64,000 nt of DNA. Source: a virus (Duplodnaviria > Caudoviricetes). The position numbers and the translations under genes are program-made. This document shows, piece by piece, positions 44,414 to 54,433 of this stretch. How positions within the stretch are numbered: the first letter of the stretch is position 1; each line of letters begins with the position of its first letter. The stretch covers positions 1 to 64,000 of IMG/VR virus record IMGVR_UViG_3300033072_001201, one strand, 5' to 3'. The notes beneath the pieces are model-generated. The model was not told where the DNA came from. It saw only the letters and a list, made by a program, of their open reading frames with translations, and did no database searches.

Positions 44414-45264
44414 GTTGTTGGTTGGTTTAATTGATAAAATTTATCAACTTTTTCTTTGTATCTTTCTGCCCATTTTATATTTCCATTTAGATATTTTACT
44501 TTAATTAACTCGGAATCTATAACTGGATCAATGTATTTAAAAGTCCAACCTCTTTCGGAGCAAACTTTTTCAGCCGCTTCGCGTTTCGCTTTATTTTCAA
44601 TGGTCGATTGAAGTCTAACTGGTTTTATCTCAACCCATTGATTATCAATAAGGTAGTCACCAAAATAATTACGGGTTTGACCATTATAATCAATATATTG
44701 AACTGCATATTCTCGTTTTTCTAATGATATATAAGGTTTGTTGTTATCTATAAGGTCGATTAATATCATTAATTCGCGAAGGCTTCTAAAGTAAACGTTT
44801 TTATACCAACCTTTCCAACCGTTACCGGAGCCTTGCGGGCTAGGTTTTCCATACATATGATTATTTTTACCAGACATTTGAATTCTTCTCTTCTCTTTCA
44901 TTAATTCCATTCTTTTATCTGCTTCTTCTTTCCCATATTTTTTTAACCAAACAGAATAAACAGAACGACCTTTCATTGGATTATTTTCTGTACTAATTTT
45001 TCGCATTTTTTCTAAAAATTCTGGAGTCTTCCAAACAGCGTATCCACTATCTTTTCTTTTTTGTCGCGCTTTTTCTATTCCCTCTTTTGTATATTTTACT
45101 TTACATTTATTACAACTCCTCCGTTCCTTATTTGCGACGGAAGCGTTTCCCCTTAAAGTATAAAAAACAACCGATTTACATTTTGGGCAAATTCTAGTAT
45201 ATTTTACTTGACCGTCTATTATTACTTTATTAATGTTATCCATAGGTTTTATAAGTTCACCCAC
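44410..45264 (-). CDS. NUMOD3 plus TnsA-like PD-(D/E)xK homing endonuclease
   Basis: GKNNHMYGK; FRSLRE; YFGDYLID..VEIKP. Confidence 0.85.
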   Translation of the reverse strand: MGELIKPMDNINKVIIDGQVKYTRICPKCKSVVFYTLRGNASVANKERRSCNKCKVKYTKEGIEKARQKRKDSGYAVWKTPEFLEKMRKISTENNPMKGRSVYSVWLKKYGKEEADKRMELMKEKRRIQMSGKNNHMYGKPSPQGSGNGWKGWYKNVYFRSLRELMILIDLIDNNKPYISLEKREYAVQYIDYNGQTRNYFGDYLIDNQWVEIKPVRLQSTIENKAKREAAEKVCSERGWTFKYIDPVIDSELIKVKYLNGNIKWAERYKEKVDKFYQLNQPTT

Positions 45265-45346
45265 AAATACACTAAAAACATATCCTTTTCCGGGAAAACT
45301 AGAAAAAAGTAAATTTTAGTTGATTTTTTGAAAAACGAGAAAAGAC

Positions 45347-45375
45347 TTGTGCAACGGGAATTTTTCTGCTATTTT
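45347..45375 (+). promoter_or_regulatory. early promoter, near-identical to 46466-46494
   Basis: TTGTGC-AACGGGAATTTTTTCTGC-TATTTT. Confidence 0.7.
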
Positions 45376-45408
45376 CGAGAATCAGCCAAAACTCTAACCA
45401 CATATCAT

Positions 45409-46398
45409 ATGAAACCGTCTCAAGTTATCGAAGTTCTTAAGGTTGCTTATGTTAATAATCGTCGAGTCTTGCTTACGGGCTCGCCGGGAATTTCCAAAAG
45501 CGAAATTATGAAACAAGCTGCTAAAGAAGTTGGTTATGAAATTGTAATGCTTCACCCTGTTGTAAGTGATCCGGTAGATTATAAAGGATTTCCGTTTGTA
45601 AATGCGAATGGCGAAGCCGATTTTATTCCCTTTGCTACTTTGAAAAGAATGATTGATGCGGATAAGCCAATTATTTTTGCGTTTGACGATTTAGGTCAGG
45701 CGCAACAAAGTGTGCAAAGTGCTCTTATGCAAATACTTCTGGAACGCGGGGTAAATGGAAAAAAGATTTCCGATCATGTTCGATTTGTAGCTGCAACTAA
45801 TCGACGCAAAGATAACGCTGGAGTTGGAAACCTTATTACCCCTCTTCTTAATAGATTTTCTTCGATTATCGAATTAGAGCCTAATGTTGAAGACTGGTGC
45901 GCGTGGGCACTAAAAAATAATGTTCCAATTGAAGTTATTCAATTTATTCGATTCCGGCGCGAACTACTTTCTAATTTTAAAGCCGAAAAAGATATAAAGA
46001 ATTTTTCGTCACCTCGCAGTCTATACGAAATGGGGTTATGGATTCAACAAGGAATTTCTGATATTGAAGTTCTAACTGGTTGTGTAGGAGAAGCTTGCGC
46101 AGTAGAGTTTCTGGCTTTTTACAAAATTTTTCAGTCAATTAGTAATTTGCCCGACCAAGTATTTAATAACCCCCTTTCCGCCAAAATTCTTGATAAACCC
46201 GATCAAATGTTTGCATTGTTGGGTGTTCTATCGAAACGTGTAAACGACGTTAATATTACCAATCTCTTCAAATATCTTGATCGAATTCCAAAAGAATTTC
46301 AAATGGTAGTTGTGTCGAATATTATTTCTGGCAAACCTGAATTGCAAAATACAAAAGCTTATATTGATTGGCAAATCAAAAATGCTGACATGATTTGA
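45409..46398 (+). CDS. MoxR-like AAA+ ATPase
   Basis: GSPGISKS Walker A; FAFDDL Walker B; AATNR; NRF. Confidence 0.9.
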   Translation: MKPSQVIEVLKVAYVNNRRVLLTGSPGISKSEIMKQAAKEVGYEIVMLHPVVSDPVDYKGFPFVNANGEADFIPFATLKRMIDADKPIIFAFDDLGQAQQSVQSALMQILLERGVNGKKISDHVRFVAATNRRKDNAGVGNLITPLLNRFSSIIELEPNVEDWCAWALKNNVPIEVIQFIRFRRELLSNFKAEKDIKNFSSPRSLYEMGLWIQQGISDIEVLTGCVGEACAVEFLAFYKIFQSISNLPDQVFNNPLSAKILDKPDQMFALLGVLSKRVNDVNITNLFKYLDRIPKEFQMVVVSNIISGKPELQNTKAYIDWQIKNADMI

Positions 46399-46408
46399 GA
46401 TATAAAAT

Positions 46409-46436
46409 GGGCCGGAACTAAAAAATCCGGCTCTTT
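46409..46436 (+). terminator. intrinsic terminator
   Basis: GGGCCGGA/TCCGGCTC then TTT. Confidence 0.65.
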
Positions 46437-46522
46437 GTATTGCAAAAAAATCCCTCTCAAAATTCTTGTGCAACGGGAATTTTTGTGCTATCTTATTTCA
46501 AATCAGAAAACTCCCTCCAAAA

Positions 46523-47665
46523 ATGAATCGCGCAAATTTACCCAACAAACTAGTCAAAGCTATTAACGCTCTAATACTAGACAATCCATTTTTTGCAACA
46601 ATAGTATTGCAACGCGATATTATTATTGACGAATCTTGTGATACTGCATGGACCGATGGACCTACAATTGGATTTTCGCCTAAATTTATTGAAGAAAACG
46701 ATTTGGACGTTCTAAAGTTTACTTTAGCTCACGAAACTTTGCATATTACAAATTGTCATCACACTAGAATGAATGGCAAAGATTCTGAACTTTGGAATAA
46801 AGCCGCCGATTATGCAATTAATTGGCTACTTCGCGAATATGGATTTAAATTGTGGCCGAATTGTTTGATTGATAATAAGTTTGCAAACAAATGCGCCGAG
46901 GATATTTATCGGACTTTGCAATCTGAGCCAAAAGACCCGAATAAACAAAATGGCCAAAATGGTGGAAAATCCGGGCAACAAGCTTTCGGCGAAGTAAGAC
47001 CGTGCCCAAAAGGTAAAGAAACCGAATTAGAAGAAGAAGCAAAGATTCAAACCAAGCAAGCCGCGCAAATTGCGAAACAGCAAGGCAAGTTGCCAGCCGG
47101 AATGCAAAAAATGTTTGATAATGTTCCGGCAAATGTTGATTGGCGTGAGGCTCTAGCCCAATTTGTATCAGTTGTCTCAAATAATGATTATTCTTTTAAT
47201 AAGGTGAATACTCGTTATAGTCAAACGGGATTTATTTTCCCCGGACTTTATAGTAAAGAGATTGGCAATGTTATTGTGGCATGTGATACTTCGGGCAGCG
47301 TTACGGCCAAGGAAGTTAGTATTATGATGAGTGAGCTTATTAGTATTTTGGAAAATTTGTCGGAACGCCAAGATATTGAAGTTCCAACTATATATTGCGA
47401 TTCACAAGTTAATCATTTTGAAATTTTGACTAGTGGTGATGTTCCCAAACCAAAAGGTGGCGGCGGAACTGATTTTCGGCCACCTTTTGAATATGTTAAT
47501 AAGAATTTGGAAACTCCCGCTTGTTTGGTGTATATAACTGACGGCTATTGTAATTCATTCCCTGAAAATCCGGGCTATCCTGTTTTGTGGGCGTTGTTTG
47601 TAAACAATCCCTCTTTCAAACCTCCGTTTGGCGAAGTTGTATATATTTCGCCGGGAAGTTATTGA
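46523..47665 (+). CDS. HExxH metallopeptidase-like plus VWA domain protein (DUF2201-like)
   Basis: TAWTDG, AHETLH, WNKAADYAIN, DTSGS, GGGTDF, YITDG. Confidence 0.9.
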   Translation: MNRANLPNKLVKAINALILDNPFFATIVLQRDIIIDESCDTAWTDGPTIGFSPKFIEENDLDVLKFTLAHETLHITNCHHTRMNGKDSELWNKAADYAINWLLREYGFKLWPNCLIDNKFANKCAEDIYRTLQSEPKDPNKQNGQNGGKSGQQAFGEVRPCPKGKETELEEEAKIQTKQAAQIAKQQGKLPAGMQKMFDNVPANVDWREALAQFVSVVSNNDYSFNKVNTRYSQTGFIFPGLYSKEIGNVIVACDTSGSVTAKEVSIMMSELISILENLSERQDIEVPTIYCDSQVNHFEILTSGDVPKPKGGGGTDFRPPFEYVNKNLETPACLVYITDGYCNSFPENPGYPVLWALFVNNPSFKPPFGEVVYISPGSY

Positions 47666-47696
47666 TGGGATGGGAAATTAATATATTAACAAAAGT

Positions 47697-47888
47697 ATGA
47701 AAACCAAATATTATACAATTTTATTTTATGGCGATGGGTATTCATTTGAATATCTTGGAGAGTTTGAAAATTTTACGAATGCACAATCTGCGGCATGGCT
47801 TAAATCTACAGCAAAACTTAATGTAATTTCAGAATCGTTGCTAAAAGATATGATTAAAACCATCAACCAAATGTTGGCTAAATCTTAA
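47697..47888 (+). CDS. hypothetical protein
   Basis: Packed ORF. Confidence 0.7.
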   Translation: MKTKYYTILFYGDGYSFEYLGEFENFTNAQSAAWLKSTAKLNVISESLLKDMIKTINQMLAKS

Positions 47889-47889
47889 T

Positions 47890-48090
47890 ATGAAACCTTC
47901 AATCATTGATTCTATTGACTATCCGGGCGGATTTATTGTAACTGGCGTTGATCGTGAAAATAAACGATTCAATCGGCGCTTTGCATCTAATCAAATTCAT
48001 TTTGTTTTTAGTATTAACCTTTGGCGCGGTCATGTTTGGGGTGTTAATAAAGACGGAAAGCGAAAGATGCTTAAATCAGTTTATAATTAA
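47890..48090 (+). CDS. hypothetical phage protein
   Basis: VTGVDR..KRF..INLWRG.VW. Confidence 0.8.
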   Translation: MKPSIIDSIDYPGGFIVTGVDRENKRFNRRFASNQIHFVFSINLWRGHVWGVNKDGKRKMLKSVYN

Positions 48091-48165
48091 AAAACGGCAA
48101 AACTAACAATCCGATTATATTAGTTTATAGTCGGACGATTTATTTTATCAAAATCCCACCGAAAT

Positions 48166-48546
48166 ATGAAATTCCAAACTTTCAAATCTGCATCCGATTT
48201 AGTTTTAGCCGCGAATCTTGCAATTGAAAATAAATTGTTTATTCCAAATTGGGGATTGATTGACGATTTGAATATTATTGCAAATTGGTTGAATGCAAAT
48301 TATAAACTGACTTCCTCTTTTAAAATTGTCCTTTGTTTTTCTAGCGGGAAACCAATTGCAATTAGTCTTTTTGACAAAAAATCTAAGCAATTATCAACTT
48401 TTGTTAAACCTCTTTATCGGAATCGGGGAATTGCAAAGAAATTAACGGAAATTCAAAATATCCGGTCTTATTGTTGGGTTGGAGAGGGTAATAAATATTC
48501 TGCCAAATTTGCAAAATCGGTGAATTTGGAATATAGAAAAAATTAG
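48166..48546 (+). CDS. GNAT acetyltransferase-like protein
   Basis: FVKPLYRNRGIAKKL acetyl-CoA-binding motif. Confidence 0.75.
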   Translation: MKFQTFKSASDLVLAANLAIENKLFIPNWGLIDDLNIIANWLNANYKLTSSFKIVLCFSSGKPIAISLFDKKSKQLSTFVKPLYRNRGIAKKLTEIQNIRSYCWVGEGNKYSAKFAKSVNLEYRKN

Positions 48547-48606
48547 ACGGAAAATTCTTGTCTAGCGGGAATTTTTCTGCTACCTTAAAGAATCAAAGGA
48601 GATTTT

Positions 48607-49032
48607 ATGCAAAAACAAACTTACGTTGTCAAATTTGATTCGCGCAATCTTTATTGCGACAATCTTGTTTTTATTGGAACGGAAGAGGAATGCATTAACT
48701 TTGCTTACAAAAATAATGAGCAAAGCCGCAAAACCGGCGATTATTTTCTTTATCGGGTTCGCGATTTTTTTAATGGGCGATCAATTTATATTGATAATAA
48801 GTTCGCGGGCGAATTCGTTGAAAATCTAACTGATTATATTGGTGAAACCCTAGAATGGCGGCAAAAACAATTGTCAAAAGGTCCAATTGGAGAACATAAA
48901 TTTGAAGGAATAAATTGCCTACCATACAAAATTTATGGTCGGCGCAAAGTGTTTTCTATTGAACACGGATCTGTTAATCAAATTTTGGTTAAAAATCTAA
49001 CTGGCGATGATTTGGTTTGGATTAATATTTAA
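48607..49032 (+). CDS. hypothetical protein
   Basis: Promoter 48558-48586 and AGGAG upstream. Confidence 0.8.
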   Translation: MQKQTYVVKFDSRNLYCDNLVFIGTEEECINFAYKNNEQSRKTGDYFLYRVRDFFNGRSIYIDNKFAGEFVENLTDYIGETLEWRQKQLSKGPIGEHKFEGINCLPYKIYGRRKVFSIEHGSVNQILVKNLTGDDLVWINI

Positions 49033-49042
49033 GGAATTATTT

Positions 49043-49312
49043 ATGAAAACTTTTTCTACTCTTAAAAATGTTCCGGGAGTTCCTGATAATTATTTTGGTT
49101 TGATTTTCGGACAGCAAATCGAATATCGTTATAAAATTGCAGATTATACAAAAACGGCTAAGCAAATTCATTTGTCGCAAAAACGCCAATCTTATAAAAA
49201 GGCGATTAGAGAATTCGTAGAACTTTATCGTCCTATTAATTATTATATTCCGCAATTTAATTGTGATCAATTTTGTTCAGATGATTCTTTTATTGTTTAC
49301 TATAATAATTAA
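49043..49312 (+). CDS. hypothetical protein
   Basis: Start corrected. Confidence 0.7.
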   Translation: MKTFSTLKNVPGVPDNYFGLIFGQQIEYRYKIADYTKTAKQIHLSQKRQSYKKAIREFVELYRPINYYIPQFNCDQFCSDDSFIVYYNN

Positions 49313-49324
49313 CTTTCTTTATTT

Positions 49325-49573
49325 ATGAAAACAGCTTCCACCCTCTGTTATAAACCCTATAAATGTTCCCAATGTGGTTTTGAAAAACAAATTCAAACAA
49401 ATCATTTCGGCGAATGTTATTCGCTTGGCAATTATAATGCCTGCCCTAATTGTGCGCCTTTTAAACGGCCGACAACTTGGATTTGTCAACTAGAGTGTCC
49501 GCCAGATATGCAAAAGCCCGAACCGTGGAAAACGGTAAAATTAAGTGATGTTTGCGAAATTGTTAAAATTTAA
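49325..49573 (+). CDS. Zn-ribbon protein
   Basis: CSQCG..CPNC. Confidence 0.8.
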   Translation: MKTASTLCYKPYKCSQCGFEKQIQTNHFGECYSLGNYNACPNCAPFKRPTTWICQLECPPDMQKPEPWKTVKLSDVCEIVKI

Positions 49574-49583
49574 CAATAATACT

Positions 49584-49745
49584 ATGAAAAATCAATATGC
49601 TCTTATAGTTAATGGCCGATTTCATGAAATCGGCGAAGAAAATTATATCAATAATCTTTTTAATAATCGAACAAAAGATGGTTCGGTTGTTTTTATTGCG
49701 CGAGGACATTTCAATAAAAAGATGATGGGAACTAATTATAATTGA
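49584..49745 (+). CDS. hypothetical protein
   Basis: Start corrected. Confidence 0.6.
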   Translation: MKNQYALIVNGRFHEIGEENYINNLFNNRTKDGSVVFIARGHFNKKMMGTNYN

Positions 49746-49862
49746 TAGAATTATTATAGAAAAAATTCCCGCCGAAAATTCTTGTTCAAACTGATTTTTT
49801 CTGCTACTTTTGAGAATCGACCAAGATTGTAACTAAAAACTTCAAAAACGAGGATTTATTTT

Positions 49863-50090
49863 ATGATTGCAAACCTTACTCTCGCCGATTTGTCTAAACT
49901 TTCTTATCGTTCAATTCTTTGTCATAAAGTTTTGAAAAATGCCGATGAAACGGCTTTGCGCTGCCGAGTTAATGGTAAAATTAAAACTTGGAAAACTCGG
50001 CCGAATGATTTTCAATTGCCAGTTAAACATGGTTTGCGCGATTGTTTTTATATTAATCAGAATACTATTGGCGACTGGTATATTGAATAA
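49863..50090 (+). CDS. conserved small phage protein
   Basis: RCRVNGKIKTWKTRP..F.LPVKHGL. Confidence 0.8.
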   Translation: MIANLTLADLSKLSYRSILCHKVLKNADETALRCRVNGKIKTWKTRPNDFQLPVKHGLRDCFYINQNTIGDWYIE

Positions 50091-50125
50091 TTACCAGAAT
50101 TTTAACATTTAACTGGATTTTTTCT

Positions 50126-50377
50126 ATGAAAACTTGTGATATCAAAGCTGGCCAAAAATATATTCGAATTGATCCTATTACTAAAACCCAAACTATTTAT
50201 TTGGGTATTGTAAAGGAAGCTTATAATCCAGATCGCATTGTAAATCGCGATTTGATTATTATTTCTAGCGAATTTCCTCATTTAGTAGGTCAAACTGTCA
50301 GAAAATTTGGAGATAAATATGGTCGGCGCGAATTTTGGAATGAATTGCAGGAATATAATAAAGATGTGACTATTTGA
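50126..50377 (+). CDS. hypothetical protein, paralogue of 25111-25374
   Basis: Shared motifs. Confidence 0.75.
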   Translation: MKTCDIKAGQKYIRIDPITKTQTIYLGIVKEAYNPDRIVNRDLIIISSEFPHLVGQTVRKFGDKYGRREFWNELQEYNKDVTI

Positions 50378-50401
50378 GTATTTTTCTTTGTTTATTATTT
50401 T

Positions 50402-50430
50402 GCCCGGCAATTAATTTTGCCGGGTTTTTT
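50402..50430 (+). terminator. intrinsic terminator
   Basis: CCCGGCAA/TTGCCGGG then T-run. Confidence 0.8.
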
Positions 50431-50507
50431 GTATAAAAAAAGAAAGAAGAAAAAATTTCTTGTCTAAACGGAATTTTTCGGCTACTTTACGGGACAAACA
50501 AAAAATC

Positions 50508-50705
50508 ATGAAAACATTGATTCAAATTCTTAGTTTTTGGGATTGCTTCGGTTTCAAGGGAATTATTTCTCTTTTTCGTAAAGTTAGTTGGATTCAAGAT
50601 ATTAATCTTGCAAACAACGGAATTGATATTATTTCGTTTGATAAAAATGCTGGTTATTTTACCGGCACTTATTTTCAAATGCGCAAATTCACCAATAGTA
50701 AATAA
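50508..50705 (+). CDS. hypothetical protein
   Basis: Promoter 50460-50488; start corrected. Confidence 0.65.
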   Translation: MKTLIQILSFWDCFGFKGIISLFRKVSWIQDINLANNGIDIISFDKNAGYFTGTYFQMRKFTNSK

Positions 50706-50753
50706 GAATTTTTCAAACTAATCCAAGTTATAAACTAAAACAGAGGAAAAATC

Positions 50754-51020
50754 ATGAATATGCAATCTTTTTTTAATTCTCTTTCGGTTGCTGAAAAGGT
50801 TGAACTCGACGATCTTATTTATGTTTGGAAAAAGCAAAATGCTACCGAAGTTGCTAATTCTATTATCTTGAACGAAATGGAGATTGCTGATGTTCAGAAT
50901 AATTTGAAAATCGAAGCGATTAAATCTATTAAAGATCGTTGCGGTTGTTCTCTTCTTGCCGCTAAAATTGCGGTTGATAATTTTGAAGAAAAGATTCGTT
51001 TGATTGGGCTTAAGAAGTAG
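50754..51020 (+). CDS. protein with a ribosomal bL12 C-terminal-domain-like motif
   Basis: KIEAIKSIKDRCGCSLLAAKIAVD. Confidence 0.65.
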   Translation: MNMQSFFNSLSVAEKVELDDLIYVWKKQNATEVANSIILNEMEIADVQNNLKIEAIKSIKDRCGCSLLAAKIAVDNFEEKIRLIGLKK

Positions 51021-51039
51021 TTTTAAGTATATTATTTCT

Positions 51040-51079
51040 AATCCGCAATTTGGACTAATAATCCGGTTGCGGATTTTTT
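51040..51079 (+). terminator. intrinsic terminator
   Basis: AATCCGCAAT/GTTGCGGATT then T-run. Confidence 0.8.
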
Positions 51080-52535
51080 GTATTTAAAAATTTAAGATTC
51101 TATATTATAATCCAATATCTGGTATAATTATATTTATTTATAGTCTGAAGAATTTTATCGTTTAACAGAAAATTGATTGTTGAGTCAACTAGTCAACAAA
51201 TCAGAGAAACGGCGCAAGGAAACCGCGCAAATCCCTAGTGGGGCGGACAGTTGAGCCGGCCGGGAAAGGGGGCGGAAGGTGGCAGGAAACGAGCAATTGG
51301 GCGACGCGAGAGAGTTTGGGCGCGGAAGTTCTCCGCCAAAAATTGAAAATAAATCGCCAAAATACTAATAATTGGTCAATGTTAAAGTATTTTCAAATGA
51401 GTTTGCAAATCAATAATGGTTATTTGACCTAATTATTAACTGGTTTGACGAATTAATTTTGGCGGTGAATTATTTATCGAAAAAATAAATAGAAACTTTA
51501 TTGTAGATTATAAAGTTTGGTTGGTGATTTATTTTTTGGCGGCATTTTGATTTCGCGGCAGAGTTATTTTTCGCGGTGGAGTTTGCAAAGGAAATAATGC
51601 AGAAAATAAATACGAAAATAAATAGAGAAATTGATTTAATTTACCTATGGAAATAAATAGAAAAGACGAATTATTTATTGACTGATTTTTCAGTCTAAAA
51701 ATAAATAAGACAAATAGAAAAATCTGATATAGAAATACTATAAGGAGATACTAGAAAGAATAGAAATGATGTTTGATTAATTTTTATGTATGATTATAAA
51801 ATTAGGCTTTTATATTATACTATAATAAATCTCCCTAAAATAAATCCTCCTATCATTTTTTGTATATCACCTGACATTTTTTGCTAGTCAAATTGAAATT
51901 TCTGGTCAAAAATAATTCCTTTATCCTCTTTTTCTATGTTTACTACTAGTATTTTCTTCAATCGGCCGGGTGAAAAGTTATAATAGAGGCAAATGGCCCT
52001 ATTAGTAAATTACTCATCTAGGGTAAATTACCTATATGCTATTTAATTTTTCGCATTTATTTTTAATTAGCCTCCTAACTATATTTGCATAAAAGTGTTT
52101 TTTGACTATAGCTTGGATTCAAATTTTTCCGGGTTTAATACAAAAAATCACCATTTTTAGCCAAAATAAATAGTTTGACGAATTATTTTATTTGTAGGGT
52201 AAAATACCTATATGCAAACATTAAATTTCCGTCCTATAATAGAGGCTTTCGGCCCTAGTGATTTGCAAACACAAATGAAAAACGGCAATTATTTTATCTA
52301 CCACTAATTATTTTTTGCTTTCAACTAATTATTTTTTGTTATTTTGGCTATTTAATTTTGCAAACCAATTTTTTGTCTAATTATTAATTTGGCCTATAAT
52401 TATTTTACAAAAAGTTCCTCGCAGAAAAAAATTGTCTAATCTCTTTTTCTGTGCTACCTTTAGACAGTTGGGCGATTTCTGCTCAAAAGTTTTATTTTTA
52501 CCCTAATATAAAACAATAAAACCTTTATTTTAACT

Positions 52536-52688
52536 ATGAAAACTTATGTTTTTAAAGTTATTTATGGCGATGATTATTTTATTGAGGAAGTCATCGCGGA
52601 TTGTATTCAATCGGCCGAAAAAGAAATAGAAGCTCTTTATATGTATTTTGGCAAAAATTATTATTATCGTTTGATCAAAACGAAGTAA
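52536..52688 (+). CDS. 50-aa hypothetical protein
   Basis: Translated by hand; promoter upstream. Confidence 0.6.
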   Translation: MKTYVFKVIYGDDYFIEEVIADCIQSAEKEIEALYMYFGKNYYYRLIKTK

Positions 52689-52705
52689 TAAAAACCATTC
52701 CTAAT

Positions 52706-52855
52706 ATGAGCTATAAAATCACCGCGTTTTCTAACTGGCAACCGCCACAAGTATTTTTCGCCGAAAGTATTGAAGAAGCGAAAGAAATAAAGGCCGGACT
52801 GAAAAATCAACAGTATCTTGTTGAAATTGAAAAAGTTGCAGAAATTGTAGAATAA
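52706..52855 (+). CDS. 49-aa hypothetical protein
   Basis: Internal ATG of the track ORF. Confidence 0.6.
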   Translation: MSYKITAFSNWQPPQVFFAESIEEAKEIKAGLKNQQYLVEIEKVAEIVE

Positions 52856-52898
52856 CAGCAACAATAATAATATTTCATCAAAATAACCCCTCCAAATT

Positions 52899-53216
52899 AT
52901 GAAAAATAATTCAACTAATAATACAATCGTCGATAAACTCCCAGCGAATTGCGAATTTGTAGAGACAAATTTTTACAAAATTTATCGTTATTATGCCACT
53001 GATATTGTCAAAATTGAAAATGATAATGTTGGAACGAAAGTTACTTTGCAAACTGGAGGTTATTATACAAAATCGACAAAAATGCATATGATTAATTTTC
53101 TTGCCCGAGAAGGAATTAATATCGATATTGCGTTTAAAATCGGAAAATATAGTGTCTTTTATAAGGGGCGGGAAATTCCCTTTAATATGAAAGATGTTTG
53201 TGAGTTTTATTGCTAG
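52899..53216 (+). CDS. hypothetical phage protein
   Basis: LQTGGYYTKSTK.HM motif; CCCCTCC upstream. Confidence 0.8.
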   Translation: MKNNSTNNTIVDKLPANCEFVETNFYKIYRYYATDIVKIENDNVGTKVTLQTGGYYTKSTKMHMINFLAREGINIDIAFKIGKYSVFYKGREIPFNMKDVCEFYC

Positions 53217-53612
53217 ACTTTTAAGTTTAAAGACTAAATGGCGCTTGTAAATCCCTTATAATCAAATAGATAGCTGCATAGTAACTAATAAATAGCTGCG
53301 CGGCGGCTAAATAAACGATCTATAATTATGATAAACAACCAATCTGCAAATAATAATAACTCGGCAAATTCACAAACTGATCTTTCAGAAGACGATAAAG
53401 CGCAAATAATTAAATCGTGGATGGGATAATAGGCAAAGTGTTTGTTTATAGGCGAAATAAATAGCTGAAAATAAATCCTTTTAACCTAAATACTCCCTCC
53501 AAATGATTATTTTATTCGTCCTGTTTGCTTTAGTTATTTGCAATAAAGTTTATAATAAGATTGCGAGTTGATAATAAATGGCGAAATAAATAATAGATAG
53601 CGCAAAATAAAT

Positions 53613-53640
53613 GCCCGATGATTAAGTTTGTCGGGTTTTT
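53613..53640 (+). terminator. intrinsic terminator
   Basis: GCCCGAT/GTCGGGT then T-run. Confidence 0.7.
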
Positions 53641-54433
53641 GTTTGCAAATATAGTATCCTAAAAGTGAATACACAAGAGCGAAATATATAATATATGTTA
53701 TTATAAAGGTCTGTATCTGATTTATAATAACGAATTATATGTCATTGATCTATAACTACTTATAATAATCAGTTGAATTGTATTATAAGTTTGGGTATAT
53801 ATTTTTTGTCAATAGATTATATGCCAAATTTACATATTTTTTACAATTTTGTCCTGTTTAATTTTTTACTTATTTTTTACCTTTAAAGTCTTGAGTATTT
53901 ATTTTTCGATACTATATCCACAAAAACACTACAACGCAAAAGTCAAACGCCGAAAGTGTCGTCTAGCATTTTTACAATTTTTTTACCATACCCCGTGGTG
54001 GTGGTCCCCTACCCTCGGCGGACTTCGCCTGTTGAAAAAAGCCTAGCAGATTGGGTGGAAAGGTCAAGCGCCCAAACGTAAAAATTGTGTAAAGATTTGC
54101 AAACCAATGATTTGTAAAAAGATTGTAAAGAACTACTTGCGCCAATTATTTTGTTGCCTGATTTATTTTGCCAGCTATTCGCGCGCACACGTTACGCGCG
54201 CGCATATTATTAAACACTAGAAACGTAAGGACGAGAGAACTACGCAAACCTTGTCAAGTAAACCGGGACTTTTTTACAAAACATTTACTTCGTGTAAAAA
54301 ACAGAAAAACGCGTCGAAGGTGTTGACGGAAACTAAAGGAGGGTGTTTGTTGTGTGCATCGAAAGGGAGCATCGCTCCTAATCACCCACCCAAACGGGCA
54401 ATTGCCCAAACCGTCAGAACGAAAGTCAATACT

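Larger units (their letters stand above)
51483..53593. repeat. dispersed direct repeats AAATAAATA(G)
   Basis: Copies at 51483, 51604, 51616, 51651, 51698, 52164, 53455, 53584. Confidence 0.6.

Noticed and set aside
54251-54433. N-terminal extension of the island protein, and the overlapping ORFs at 54354-54937
   Set aside because: The extension covers promoter-like DNA from a TTG start; the other frames are shadows of GC-rich coding sequence.
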